DNA of 43,115 nucleotides from a virus (Duplodnaviria; Heunggongvirae; Uroviricota; Caudoviricetes): IMG/VR virus record IMGVR_UViG_2541047802_000010; one strand, 5' to 3'. Shown piece by piece: positions 19,639 to 29,633 of this stretch (position 1 is its first letter; each line of letters starts with the position of its first letter). The notes under the pieces were generated by a model. It saw only the letters and a program-made list of their open reading frames with translations, ran no database searches and was not told where the DNA came from. The position numbers and the translations under genes were made by a program.

Positions 19639-19783
19639 CCCGCAGACGAACGGCGATTTAAGTGCCGATATCCGGCTGCTTGAGAACGCGCTGGCACGCT
19701 GTGCCAGCCAGGTAAAAATGATTAAACACTGTCAGGACGAAAACGATGCTCAAACCCGACAGCCTGCGCAGGGCGCTGACTGA
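19493..19783 (+). CDS. lysC: Rz1-like outer-membrane lipoprotein spanin LysC, embedded in lysB in an alternate frame
   Basis: MKTKIFAAGTVLTCLMLCAGC lipobox signal; Pro-rich; embedded and overlapping as in P2. Confidence 0.6.
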   Translation: MKTKIFAAGTVLTCLMLCAGCTSARPAPTPVIVANACPKVSLCPMPGSDPQTNGDLSADIRLLENALARCASQVKMIKHCQDENDAQTRQPAQGAD

Positions 19784-20213
19784 TGCCGTCACGGTGCTGA
19801 AAACCAGTCCCGAGATGCTGCGGATATTCGTGGATAACGGGAGTATTGCCTCCACGCTGGCGACGTCGCTGTCATTCGAAAAGCGTTACACGCTCAATGT
19901 CATTGTGACCGACTTTACCGGTGATTTTGACCTGCTCATCGTGCCGGTGCTGGCGTGGCTGCGGGAAAATCAGCCCGACATCATGACCACCGACGAAGGC
20001 CAGAAAAAGGGCTTCACGTTTTATGCGGACATCAACAATGACAGCAGCTTTGATATCAGCATCAGCCTGATGCTGACCGAGCGCACGCTGGTCAGTGAGG
20101 TGGACGGCGCACTGCATGTGAAGAATATCCCGGAACCTCCGCCGCCGGAGCCGGTCACCCGCCCGATGGAGCTTTATATCAATGGCGAACTGGTGAGCAA
20201 GTGGGATGAATGA
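19746..20213 (+). CDS. R: Tail completion protein R (155 aa)
   Basis: Length, order and sequence as P2 gpR. Confidence 0.8.
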   Translation: MLKPDSLRRALTDAVTVLKTSPEMLRIFVDNGSIASTLATSLSFEKRYTLNVIVTDFTGDFDLLIVPVLAWLRENQPDIMTTDEGQKKGFTFYADINNDSSFDISISLMLTERTLVSEVDGALHVKNIPEPPPPEPVTRPMELYINGELVSKWDE

Positions 20214-20658
20214 GTTTAAGCGTTTTGAAGACCGGCTGACCGGGCTGATTGAATCACTGTCACCATCAGGGCGTCGGCGACTGAGCACCGAACTGGCGAA
20301 ACATCTGCGGCAGAGTCAGCAGCGCCGGGTGATGGCACAGAAAGCCCCGGACGGCACACCCTACGCACCACGCCAGCAGCAGAGCGCCAGAAAAAAGACC
20401 GGTCGTGTTAAGCGAAAAATGTTTGCGAAACTTATCACCAGTCGTTTTTTGCATATCCGCGCCAGCCCGGAACAGGCATCAATGGAGTTTTACGGCGGAA
20501 AGTCACCGAAAATCGCCAGTGTGCATCAGTTCGGTCTGTCGGAAGAAACCCGGAAAGACGGTAAGAAAATTGATTATCCGGCGCGTCCTCTGCTCGGCTT
20601 TACCGGTGAGGATGTGCAGATGATTGAAGAGATTATCCTGGCTCACCTTGAGCGTTAG
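20206..20658 (+). CDS. S: Tail completion protein S (150 aa)
   Basis: Length, order and sequence as P2 gpS. Confidence 0.8.
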   Translation: MNEFKRFEDRLTGLIESLSPSGRRRLSTELAKHLRQSQQRRVMAQKAPDGTPYAPRQQQSARKKTGRVKRKMFAKLITSRFLHIRASPEQASMEFYGGKSPKIASVHQFGLSEETRKDGKKIDYPARPLLGFTGEDVQMIEEIILAHLER

Positions 20659-20738
20659 TTGTGCCATTCCCGACACCTCATCGCTGCTGCCGGTGCTTAC
20701 CGGCAGCAGTCTTCTGTTAGAATACGTTAAAACTAAAG

Positions 20739-21839
20739 CTAAGGTTGTGTGCTTATGTTTTCTCTTATATTCGAGAAAAAATCGGAGATATTGCTGTTTT
20801 TCAGATTTAAACCTGCTTTGTTATTAAATTCAGATTCTAACGAAGGTGAGTTTTGAAACGCAACGATAATTTGACATAAATAACTCAAAAGAGCTTCTTT
20901 TGGCATGGGGGTTTCTCTGCAATAATTAATAAATGGTTCTCCGAAGCAGAATATTCTATCTACGATCTGCTTTTTCATTTGTGAGAGTTTTTGATTGAGT
21001 TGTTCTATTGTAGTTATGTTGGCTAGGTTTAAACCATTTAGTAGGTATCCCAAATCTTTATCCTTGTATCGGCCATGTACTGTGATTCCTGTTTTTTCTT
21101 TTATCTCTTCTGAAAGTTCACTCATAATTCGACTTGTGTTTAAGAATTCATCCAAAGTGAAAATATCTAAAACTGAATCACTAGTTCCTTGCTCTAGTTC
21201 TTTTGCAACCTCTTTCTGCCGTTCAGAAATCTTTTTTCTGATTTTAATAAATTCATCATCGGCCATTTCTAAAAGACCAGCTAAGCGTGAAAAGTATCTT
21301 CTTATTTCATTAGGCAGTCCTGTGGCCGACTTATAACCAATGTCGTGTTCAATCTCCGCCCAGGCATGCTGAAGGATTGATCGTATTTGTAATTCGGCTT
21401 TGATGTTTTTATATACTTCATATTCTTTTAAGTTTGTTCTGGTTGAGTTTAAAGTTACTATATAATGAAGTGATAGGTAACCAAATTTATCAGGCGCAAT
21501 TGAGGTTCTTTTATCAATAGAGTTCTCTTGGTCAATGGTGAACTCCTTTTCAACTATAGCAGCTATCTTATCAACATCATCAGCATAATGTGTGATGATC
21601 CTGATACCAACGATATCAGTAATATCATCTATAGACTTGTATTTTCCCTTTTTATTAATCTTACCTTCAAGGCTTTTTTTTGTTTTAACTCTTGATTCAA
21701 GTGAGTGAATTGAAATTTTTTCATTGCGAATTAACGTGGTTAATAACGATTTAAGAGTAAGGGCATAGGACTCAAATTTATCTTTCCGTTCATCATAAGT
21801 AATTAGAATGTCTGACATGCGTGTATCCATTGGCTCCAA
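20739..21839 (-). CDS. Fused toxSAS (RelA/SpoT-like synthetase) toxin-antitoxin, CapRel-like (366 aa)
   Basis: AT-rich ORF on the opposite strand between S and V. N-terminal half carries the RelA/SpoT synthetase motifs: RVKTKKSLEGK (RxKxxxSxxxK), DIVGIRII (DxxGxR), GYLSLHY, ELQIRSILQHAWAEIEHDIGYK (ExQIR..QHxWAExxH..YK). C-terminal about 150 aa is unrelated, consistent with the CapRel sensor/antitoxin domain (from memory). Confidence 0.7.
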   Translation of the reverse strand: MEPMDTRMSDILITYDERKDKFESYALTLKSLLTTLIRNEKISIHSLESRVKTKKSLEGKINKKGKYKSIDDITDIVGIRIITHYADDVDKIAAIVEKEFTIDQENSIDKRTSIAPDKFGYLSLHYIVTLNSTRTNLKEYEVYKNIKAELQIRSILQHAWAEIEHDIGYKSATGLPNEIRRYFSRLAGLLEMADDEFIKIRKKISERQKEVAKELEQGTSDSVLDIFTLDEFLNTSRIMSELSEEIKEKTGITVHGRYKDKDLGYLLNGLNLANITTIEQLNQKLSQMKKQIVDRIFCFGEPFINYCRETPMPKEALLSYLCQIIVAFQNSPSLESEFNNKAGLNLKNSNISDFFSNIRENISTQP

Positions 21840-21963
21840 TTAGTGAGGATGTTTTTTTGCCAGTTAAGTAATCATTATATTCACTTCAAATGGAGTGTTG
21901 TGTCAACCTTAGAAAAACACTCTTTTATTGTTCTCATCAGTTCTCAGCAGCATGCTAGATCTT

Positions 21964-22599
21964 ATGAAAACACTCGCAAATATCCAGGAACTCGCGCGCG
22001 CACTGCGCAACATGATACGCCCCGGCATTATCGTCGAAACCGACCTTAACGCCGGTCGCTGCCGTGTGCAGACCGGCGGCATGTGCACCGACTGGCTTCA
22101 GTGGCTGACCCATCGTGCCGGACGTTCACGCACATGGTGGGCACCTTCCGTGGGGGAACAGGTGCTGATTCTGGCCGTGGGCGGTGAACTCGACACGGCG
22201 TTCGTTCTGCCGGGGATTTATTCCGGCGATAACCCTCCGCCGTCTGCGTCGGCGGATGCCCTGCACATACGTTTCCCTGACGGGGCGGTGATTGAGTATG
22301 AACCTGAAACCAGTGCACTGATGGTAAGCGGAATTAAAACGGCCAGCGTGACGGCTTCTGATTCTGTTACCGCCACGGTGCCGGTAGTCATGGTGAAAGC
22401 GTCAACCCGCATCACCCTGGACACCCCGGAGGTGGTCTGCACCAACAGACTGATTACCGGCACGCTGGAAGTACAGAAGGGCGGGACGATGCGCGGCAAC
22501 ATTGAACACACCGGCGGTGAACTCTCATCAAACGGTAAGGTACTGCATACCCATAAACACCCCGGCGACAGCGGCGGCACAACCGGGGGACCTCTATGA
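21964..22599 (+). CDS. V: Baseplate spike protein V (211 aa)
   Basis: Start at MKTLANIQELARALR (21964); P2 gpV. Confidence 0.85.
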   Translation: MKTLANIQELARALRNMIRPGIIVETDLNAGRCRVQTGGMCTDWLQWLTHRAGRSRTWWAPSVGEQVLILAVGGELDTAFVLPGIYSGDNPPPSASADALHIRFPDGAVIEYEPETSALMVSGIKTASVTASDSVTATVPVVMVKASTRITLDTPEVVCTNRLITGTLEVQKGGTMRGNIEHTGGELSSNGKVLHTHKHPGDSGGTTGGPL

Positions 22600-22943
22600 C
22601 TGCGCGTTATCTCGGAATGAATCGCAGTGATGGCCTGACTGTCACTGACCTTGAGCATATCAGCCAGAGTATCGGCGATATCCTGCGCACACCGGTCGGC
22701 TCGCGGGTGATGCGTCGTGATTACGGCTCGTTGCTGGCGTCAATGATTGACCAGCCGCAGACTCCGGCGCTTGAGTTGCAGATTAAGGTCGCCTGTTACA
22801 TGGCGGTGCTGAAATGGGAACCCCGCGTCACCCTGTCATCCGTCACCACTGAGCGCAGTTTTGACGGGCGAATGACGGTCACGTTAACCGGTCAGCACAA
22901 CGACACCGGCCAGCCACTTTCGTTAACCATCCCTGTGAGTTGA
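22596..22943 (+). CDS. W: Baseplate protein W (115 aa)
   Basis: P2 gpW position/length (gp25-like). Confidence 0.85.
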   Translation: MTARYLGMNRSDGLTVTDLEHISQSIGDILRTPVGSRVMRRDYGSLLASMIDQPQTPALELQIKVACYMAVLKWEPRVTLSSVTTERSFDGRMTVTLTGQHNDTGQPLSLTIPVS

Positions 22944-22947
22944 AACC

Positions 22948-23856
22948 ATGCCGATTATCGACCTGAACCAGCTACCCGCACCGGATGTGGTCGAGGAGCT
23001 GGACTTTGAAACCATTCTTGCCGAACGCAAGGCGACACTGATTTCCCTTTACCCGGAAGACCAGCAGGAGGCGGTCGCCCGTACCCTGACGCTGGAATCC
23101 GAACCTCTCGTCAAACTGCTGGAGGAAAATGCTTATCGTGAGCTTATCTGGCGTCAGCGTGTGAATGAGGCCGCACGGGCGGTGATGCTGGCCAGTGCCG
23201 CCGGTAATGACCTTGATGTGATTGGTGCCAATTACAATACCACGCGCCTGATTATCACCCCGGCAGATGATTCGACCATCCCGCCGACACCGGCAGTAAT
23301 GGAATCTGACACTGATTATCGTCTGCGTATTCAGCAGGCGTTTGAAGGTTTAAGCGTCGCCGGGTCGGTGGGTGCCTATCAGTATCATGGCCGCAGTGCC
23401 GACGGGCGTGTCGCGGATATCTCTGTCACCAGTCCGTCTCCGGCCTGTGTCACCATCTCTGTGCTGTCACGTGAAAATAACGGTGTCGCTTCCGAAGACC
23501 TGCTGGCGGTGGTGCGTAACGCCCTTAATGGCGAGGACGTCAGACCGGTGGCCGACCGCGTGACCGTGCAGTCTGCCGCCATCGTTGAATACCAGATAAA
23601 CGCCACGCTTTACCTTTACCCTGGTCCCGAAAGTGAACCAATTCGCGCTGCTGCAGTGAAAAAACTGGAAGCGTACATCACGGCACAGCACCGGCTGGGG
23701 CGCGACATCCGTCTGTCTGCCATTTATGCCGCTTTGCATGTGGAAGGCGTGCAGCGTGTCGAACTGGCTGCACCGCTGGCCGATATCGTGCTTAACAGCA
23801 CGCAGGCGTCTTTCTGTACCGAATACCGCGTCGTGACCGGAGGCTCGGATGAGTGA
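22948..23856 (+). CDS. J: Baseplate protein J (302 aa)
   Basis: P2 gpJ position/length. Confidence 0.85.
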   Translation: MPIIDLNQLPAPDVVEELDFETILAERKATLISLYPEDQQEAVARTLTLESEPLVKLLEENAYRELIWRQRVNEAARAVMLASAAGNDLDVIGANYNTTRLIITPADDSTIPPTPAVMESDTDYRLRIQQAFEGLSVAGSVGAYQYHGRSADGRVADISVTSPSPACVTISVLSRENNGVASEDLLAVVRNALNGEDVRPVADRVTVQSAAIVEYQINATLYLYPGPESEPIRAAAVKKLEAYITAQHRLGRDIRLSAIYAALHVEGVQRVELAAPLADIVLNSTQASFCTEYRVVTGGSDE

Positions 23857-24379
23857 TTCGCGACTGCTGCCGACCGGCTCATCACCGCTTGAAGTCGCCG
23901 CTGCAAAAGCCTGTGCGGAAATTGAAAAAACGCCGGTCAGTATTCGTGAGCTGTGGAACCCGGACACCTGTCCGGCAAATCTGCTGCCGTGGCTGGCGTG
24001 GGCGTTTTCGGTCGACAGGTGGGATGAAAAGTGGCCGGAAGCGACAAAACGCGCCGTTATCCGCGATGCCTATTTCATCCACTGTCATAAAGGCACTGTC
24101 GGCGCAATCCGGCGTGTGGTGGAGCCGCTCGGCTATCTCATCAATGTGACGGAGTGGTGGGAAAACAATGACCCGCCCGGCACCTTCCGGCTCGATATTG
24201 GTGTACTGGAAAGCGGCATCACAGAGGAAATGTATCTGGAAATGGAGCGACTGATTGCTGATGCCAAACCCGCAAGCCGTCACCTTATTGGTCTGAACAT
24301 TACCCAGGACATTCCCGGCTACCTGTATACAGGCGGTGTGGTCTGTGATGGTGATGTTATTACTGTTTATCCCGGATAA
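23849..24379 (+). CDS. I: Baseplate protein I (176 aa)
   Basis: P2 gpI position/length. Confidence 0.85.
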   Translation: MSDSRLLPTGSSPLEVAAAKACAEIEKTPVSIRELWNPDTCPANLLPWLAWAFSVDRWDEKWPEATKRAVIRDAYFIHCHKGTVGAIRRVVEPLGYLINVTEWWENNDPPGTFRLDIGVLESGITEEMYLEMERLIADAKPASRHLIGLNITQDIPGYLYTGGVVCDGDVITVYPG

Positions 24380-24389
24380 GTGAGAAACA

Positions 24390-27125
24390 ATGAGCACGAA
24401 ATTTAAAACCGTTATCACTACTGCCGGAGCCGCAAAGCTGGCAGCCGCCACTGTCCCCGGCGGGAAAAAAGTAAACCTGTCTGCAATGGCCGTGGGTGAC
24501 GGTAATGGCAAATTACCGGTGCCGGATGCCGGTCAGACGAAACTGGTGCATGAGGTCTGGCGTCACGCTCTGAATAAAGTCAGTGTGGATAATAAGAATA
24601 AAAACTATATTGTGGCTGAACTGGTTGTACCGCCCGAAGTGGGCGGCTTCTGGATGCGTGAGCTTGGTCTGTATGACGATGCCGGAACACTGATTGCGGT
24701 ATCCAACATGGCTGAAAGCTATAAGCCAGAACTGGCTGAAGGCTCCGGACGTGCGCAGACCTGCCGCATGGTTATTATTCTCAGCAACGTGGCGTCCGTT
24801 GAGCTGAGTATTGATGCCAGCACAGTGATGGCGACGCAGGATTACGTCGATGACAAAATCGCAGAGCATGAGCAGTCCCGCCGCCATCCTGACGCCACGC
24901 TGACAGAAAAAGGTTTTACTCAGTTAAGCAGTGCAACAAACAGCACCAGTGAAGAGCTGGCGGCAACGCCAAAAGCGGTCAAGGCAGCAAATGACAACGC
25001 AAATTCACGTCTGGCGAAAAATCAGAACGGTGCAGATATCCAGGATAAATCAGCTTTTCTGGACAATATTGGTGTTACCAGCCTGACGTTTATGAAAAAC
25101 AACGGCGAAATGCCGGTTGATGCTGATCTCAATACATTTGGTCCAGTTAAGGCTTATGTGGGTGTCTGGTATAAATCCACATCCTCCAACGCAACACTGG
25201 AGAAAAATTTCCCTGAAGACGGTGCAGTCGGTGTTCTTGAGGTATTCAATGGCGGTAATTTTTCCGGAATGCAGCGTTATACCACCAGAACTGGCAATGT
25301 TTATATGCGTAATCTTTCTGGCACCTGGAATGGCTCAGACGGTCCGTGGATCTACTGGCGTCAGATTCAGTCTGCAACACGCCCCCTGAGCACAACTATT
25401 GACCTGAACACGCTAGGAGGCGCAGAGCATCTTGGTTTATGGCGAAACAGTAGTGGCTCTATCGCTTCATTTGACCGCAACTATCCGGAAGAAGGAAGTT
25501 ATGGTCAGGGATTCCTTGAAGTTCTTGAGGGTGGTGGGTACTCACGCACGCAACGCTATACGACCCGCCGTGGGAACGTATATGTTCGCTGCCTTTCTGC
25601 TATATGGAATGCACAGAACCCACAGTGGGAGCCGTGGTCAAGAGTAGGCCATCAGTCAGAATGTCGTTATTACGAAGGTGATTTGAATGATCTGACTTCG
25701 CCAGGCATTTACAGCGTTACAGGGAAGGCGTCAAACGGTCCAATGCAGGATACCGCTGGAGCGACACTGCTTGGAATACTGGAAGTAATCAGGCGTTTTG
25801 ATGGTGTATCTGTCTGGCAGCGTTACACAACCACAGGGAAATCAGAAACCACACAGGGGCGCACTTTTGAGCGCGTCTATGCCGGGAGCAAATGGACCGA
25901 ATGGCGAGAAGTATATAACTCCTTTTCGTTGCCTCTGAATCTGGGCATCGGTGGCGCAGTGGCAAAACTATCCAGTCTGGACTGGCAGACCTACGATTTT
26001 GTGCCGGGCAGTCTGATAACCGTTCGGCTTGATAATATGACCAACATTCCCGACGGTATGGACTGGGGCGTCATTGATGGCAACCTGATAAACATCTCAG
26101 TCGGTCCGAGTGATGATTCTGGTTCGGGGCGCTCAATGCATGTATGGCGCAGCACTGTAAGTAAAGCCAACTACCGCTTTTTTATGGTGCGCATTTCAGG
26201 AAATCCGGGAAGCCGCACGATCACAACAAGACGAGTACCAATCATTGACGAAGCCCAGACATGGGGCGCGAAACAGACATTCAGTGCTGGCCTTTCTGGT
26301 GAACTGTCCGGCAATGCGGCGACAGCAACAAAGCTGAAAACAGCCCGTAAAATTAATAACGTTTCGTTTGATGGAACATCAGATATTAACCTGACGCCGA
26401 AAAATATTGGTGCATTTGCTTCAGGAAAAACAGGAGACACCGTTGCGAATGATAAAGCCGTTGGATGGAACTGGAGTAGCGGAGCCTATAACGCAACTAT
26501 TGGTGGGGCATCAACGTTAATTCTTCATTTTAATATCGGGGAAGGAAGTTGTCCCGCCGCCCAGTTTCGCGTTAATTATAAGAACGGTGGTATTTTTTAT
26601 CGTTCTGCTCGTGACGGTTACGGATTCGAGGCTGACTGGTCTGAGTTTTATACCACAACGCGAAAACCTACAGCGGGAGATGTCGGTGCACTGCCGTTAT
26701 CTGGTGGTCAATTGAATGGTGCTCTGGGTATAGGAACATCCAGTGCTCTTGGCGGTAATTCGATTGTTTTGGGTGATAATGACACGGGCTTTAAACAAAA
26801 TGGTGATGGTAATCTGGATGTTTATGCTAATAGCGTCCATGTTATGCGCTTTGTCTCCGGAAGCGTTCAAAGTAATAAAACCATAAATATTACGGGGCGT
26901 GTTAATCCCTCGGATTACGGTAACTTTGATTCCCGCTATGTGAGAGATGTCAGACTTGGCACACGTGTTGTCCAGACCATGCAGAAAGGGGTGATGTATG
27001 AGAAAGCAGGGCACGTAATTACCGGGCTTGGTATTGTCGGTGAAGTCGATGGTGATGACCCCGCAGTATTCAGACCAATACAAAAATACATCAATGGCAC
27101 ATGGTATAACGTCGCACAGGTGTAA
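24390..27125 (+). CDS. H: Tail fibre protein H, extended mosaic form (911 aa)
   Basis: N-terminus (MSTKFKTVITTAGAAKLAAATVPGG...) as in P2 gpH, then three tandem knob-like repeats of about 80 aa each sharing a QRYTT-x-x-GNVY core, then a GNAATATKLKTARKINNVSFDGTSDINL fibre-repeat motif and a divergent C-terminus. Confidence 0.85.
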   Translation: MSTKFKTVITTAGAAKLAAATVPGGKKVNLSAMAVGDGNGKLPVPDAGQTKLVHEVWRHALNKVSVDNKNKNYIVAELVVPPEVGGFWMRELGLYDDAGTLIAVSNMAESYKPELAEGSGRAQTCRMVIILSNVASVELSIDASTVMATQDYVDDKIAEHEQSRRHPDATLTEKGFTQLSSATNSTSEELAATPKAVKAANDNANSRLAKNQNGADIQDKSAFLDNIGVTSLTFMKNNGEMPVDADLNTFGPVKAYVGVWYKSTSSNATLEKNFPEDGAVGVLEVFNGGNFSGMQRYTTRTGNVYMRNLSGTWNGSDGPWIYWRQIQSATRPLSTTIDLNTLGGAEHLGLWRNSSGSIASFDRNYPEEGSYGQGFLEVLEGGGYSRTQRYTTRRGNVYVRCLSAIWNAQNPQWEPWSRVGHQSECRYYEGDLNDLTSPGIYSVTGKASNGPMQDTAGATLLGILEVIRRFDGVSVWQRYTTTGKSETTQGRTFERVYAGSKWTEWREVYNSFSLPLNLGIGGAVAKLSSLDWQTYDFVPGSLITVRLDNMTNIPDGMDWGVIDGNLINISVGPSDDSGSGRSMHVWRSTVSKANYRFFMVRISGNPGSRTITTRRVPIIDEAQTWGAKQTFSAGLSGELSGNAATATKLKTARKINNVSFDGTSDINLTPKNIGAFASGKTGDTVANDKAVGWNWSSGAYNATIGGASTLILHFNIGEGSCPAAQFRVNYKNGGIFYRSARDGYGFEADWSEFYTTTRKPTAGDVGALPLSGGQLNGALGIGTSSALGGNSIVLGDNDTGFKQNGDGNLDVYANSVHVMRFVSGSVQSNKTINITGRVNPSDYGNFDSRYVRDVRLGTRVVQTMQKGVMYEKAGHVITGLGIVGEVDGDDPAVFRPIQKYINGTWYNVAQV

Positions 27126-27128
27126 TTT

Positions 27129-27656
27129 ATGCAGCATTTAAAAAATATTACTGCGGGTAATCCAAAAACTGTTGCCCAATATCAACTGACAAAAAATTTT
27201 GATGTTATCTGGTTATGGTCCGAAGAGGGAAAAAACTGGTATGAGGAAGTAAGTAATTTTCAGGAAGACACGATAAAGATTGTTTACGATGAGAATAATA
27301 TAATTGTCGGCATCACCAGAGATGCTTCAACGCTCAACCCTGAAGGTTTTAGCGTTGTCGAGGTTCCTGATATTACCGCCAACCGACGTGCTGATGACTC
27401 AGGTAAATGGATGTTTAAGGATGGTGCCGTGATTAAGCGGATTTATACGGCAGACGAACAGCTGCAACTGGCGGAATTACAGAAGTCAGCTTTGCTTTCC
27501 GAAGCTGAAACTATCATTCAGCCACTGGAACGCTCTGTCAGACTGAATATGGCAACAGATGATGAGCGTAGCCGACTGGAAGCATGGGAACGCTACAGTG
27601 TTCTGGTCAGCCGTGTGGATCCTGCAAATCCTGAATGGCCGGAAATGCCGCAATAA
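27129..27656 (+). CDS. G: Tail fibre assembly chaperone G (175 aa)
   Basis: Immediately downstream of H; 175 aa as P2 gpG. Confidence 0.75.
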   Translation: MQHLKNITAGNPKTVAQYQLTKNFDVIWLWSEEGKNWYEEVSNFQEDTIKIVYDENNIIVGITRDASTLNPEGFSVVEVPDITANRRADDSGKWMFKDGAVIKRIYTADEQLQLAELQKSALLSEAETIIQPLERSVRLNMATDDERSRLEAWERYSVLVSRVDPANPEWPEMPQ

Positions 27657-27671
27657 GTTGTATGATCTCTG

Positions 27672-27901
27672 GAGTGAGCTAACGTATCTATAGCACAGAG
27701 TAAAGCCTAATCTGACAGTCTGCTCTGTGCTAGGAGCGGACTGACCTGCTTCCCGATGATTAATACACAGCTATGCTAGTAATGTCCGTAGATCGCTGTG
27801 TGTTGCATCCATCGGTTGAACTCACAGTCCAAACCAGACTGTCAGCTTTGATTAGATTCTACCTACTCAACCTGTCAGATAAGGTCTGAGCTAATACATC
27901 T
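27672..27901. repeat. Cluster of short repeated motifs at the left border of the G-FI cargo locus
   Basis: Motif GCAGACTGTCAGATT as an inverted copy at 27709-27723 and an 11-bp direct core CAGACTGTCAG at 27835-27845; motif TGAGCTAA-n-ATCTA at 27675-27690 and 27886-27901; 9-bp inverted repeat AGCACAGAG/CTCTGTGCT at 27692-27700 and 27723-27731. Confidence 0.6.
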
Positions 27902-28010
27902 AATATATGGCTTCGTGCAGGGGACGGCTATCGCGAACGTTAGGCCAGGTATCTGAATACGCACAGTTCACTTGGTTGTACTTCTTGCACTGATCTGCTA
28001 TCCCGCACAG

Positions 28011-28039
28011 CTATTTATAGGTAATCTTCAGTGTATAAT
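28011..28039 (+). promoter_or_regulatory. Putative sigma70 promoter for the 280-aa cargo gene
   Basis: TATAAT at 28034-28039 preceded by GTG, about 38 nt upstream of ATG 28078; weak -35; AT-rich upstream region. Confidence 0.35.
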
Positions 28040-28077
28040 CTGCCAACTTATGGAAGCTTGTACAACAGGAGAAATAT

Positions 28078-28920
28078 ATGAAAAAAGAATTGTTTGGACG
28101 TTGCCCGTTTGATCTTGACGAAGATGTAAAAAAAATAGCCGCGATAAATAAATATATCCATGCAAAATTTGAGGAGCATAAAAATAAAATAGACAACCTA
28201 AAGGGTGTGGAACAAAAATTGATGGTCTTACAGTACTTTAATGTACTGAATGAACTTAGTAATCAGGCTATCTCTTCTTTGAATATAGGAGCCTTTTCAG
28301 CATCGGAAGTATTAGCTAGGGTTATAATAGAACAGGCTGCCAATCAATTTTATATAGCAATAGATGATGGCGAAAATGCACAAGCATTACTCAAGGCTAG
28401 TAAGAAATTAGTTCATAGTAATGGAAAACGGTGGCTGGAGTGTTTAAAATCCAAAGGAATGACTAATCCAGCAGCAAATGAAAGGATTCGCATGGGAAAA
28501 GAACTAACTGATCTATTTAATAGATTGTGGCCAAATACACCTGAATATCCAGGAACCAGAAAACTTTTTGAATTAATTGGCTGGGAAACACACTATCATG
28601 CCCATTACGTTCCTCTTTGTGATTCAATACATACATTCTCTGATGATATGGTAAATATAGTATCTCTATATAATGCAATCCAAAGTGATGAAAATACTGC
28701 TATCGAATTCATTCTTGCAGTTAAACAAGAAAATAAACGGCTGGCAATTTATAATTTTGTAATTGCTACGGCCCTTCGGTGTGAGGCCTTAGTAAATGTA
28801 TTTAACTCTTTAGGTTATCAGGATATTATAACAGAAATGACACCAACAATAGATACAGTCAACCAGACTATAATTCGATATGATGATTTTGATCATTCCA
28901 GAATTGATGATTGTCAATAA
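28078..28920 (+). CDS. Cargo protein, 280 aa, unknown function
   Basis: AT-rich ORF with AGGAG SD 6 nt upstream of ATG; no motif I can assign; first gene of the G-FI hotspot module. Confidence 0.7.
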   Translation: MKKELFGRCPFDLDEDVKKIAAINKYIHAKFEEHKNKIDNLKGVEQKLMVLQYFNVLNELSNQAISSLNIGAFSASEVLARVIIEQAANQFYIAIDDGENAQALLKASKKLVHSNGKRWLECLKSKGMTNPAANERIRMGKELTDLFNRLWPNTPEYPGTRKLFELIGWETHYHAHYVPLCDSIHTFSDDMVNIVSLYNAIQSDENTAIEFILAVKQENKRLAIYNFVIATALRCEALVNVFNSLGYQDIITEMTPTIDTVNQTIIRYDDFDHSRIDDCQ

Positions 28921-29026
28921 TTAATTGACAGAATACGTACATGCGCAACAACTAGTGATAGTTGACTTATTTTCGCTCTTGAGAGACAACCATACTCAAA
29001 TCTCCCACATTGCAGGAGATTTGAAT

Positions 29027-29611
29027 ATGAAAACGTCACCGTGGAATAAAGACCGTACCATCGGTCAAAAAAGGCCACTTCAGATATCTCATATCTGGGG
29101 GATCCGGATTAGACTTGAGTTGGAAGGTAAAACACGCGATCTAGCTCTGTTCAACATGGCTTTGGACACTAAGCTACGGGGCTGTGATTTGGTCAAACTC
29201 AAAGTATCAGATGCTGCATATGGCAGTTCTGTCTCAAGCAGAGCAACGGTGTTGCAACAGAAAACCGGCAGCCCTGTCCAATTTGAGATAACCAAAGGGA
29301 CAAGGGAAGCGGTTACTGCATTGATAAAGCTCGGCAACTGGCATAGTAAAGGCTTCCTGTTCCGCTCTCGGGTCGGAACTAACCACCATATATCAACCCG
29401 GCAATACAACCGAATTTTTCATGGGTGGGTAGAAAAGCTTGGTCTCGAAGATTCGCTGTACAGCACACATTCCATGAGAAGAACAAAACCTTACTTAATC
29501 TACAAGAAAACCAAGAGTCTCCGGGGGATCCAACTTCTGTTGGGCCATAAGAAACTGGAAAGCACAGTCCGTTATTTGGGCATTGAAGTCGATATAGAAG
29601 GTCTCTTTTAA
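29027..29611 (+). CDS. Short tyrosine recombinase (about 195 aa, catalytic domain only)
   Basis: Catalytic-domain signature: TKLRGCDLVKLKVSD (box I Arg), HSMRRT (HxxR), LLGHKKLESTVRYLG (His...Tyr); no N-terminal core-binding domain; AGGAG SD sits inside a hairpin (28998-29022). Confidence 0.7.
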   Translation: MKTSPWNKDRTIGQKRPLQISHIWGIRIRLELEGKTRDLALFNMALDTKLRGCDLVKLKVSDAAYGSSVSSRATVLQQKTGSPVQFEITKGTREAVTALIKLGNWHSKGFLFRSRVGTNHHISTRQYNRIFHGWVEKLGLEDSLYSTHSMRRTKPYLIYKKTKSLRGIQLLLGHKKLESTVRYLGIEVDIEGLF

Positions 29612-29633
29612 GTTATGGGGGCTGATTTTATAT

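Noticed and set aside
21840..21963. Ogr-dependent late promoter dyad (TGT-N12-ACA) upstream of V, and likewise in 11699-11871 and 30244-30341
   Set aside because: I found only near-matches (for example TGT-N13-ACA near 21900) and cannot recall the exact P2 late-promoter sequences well enough to place them.
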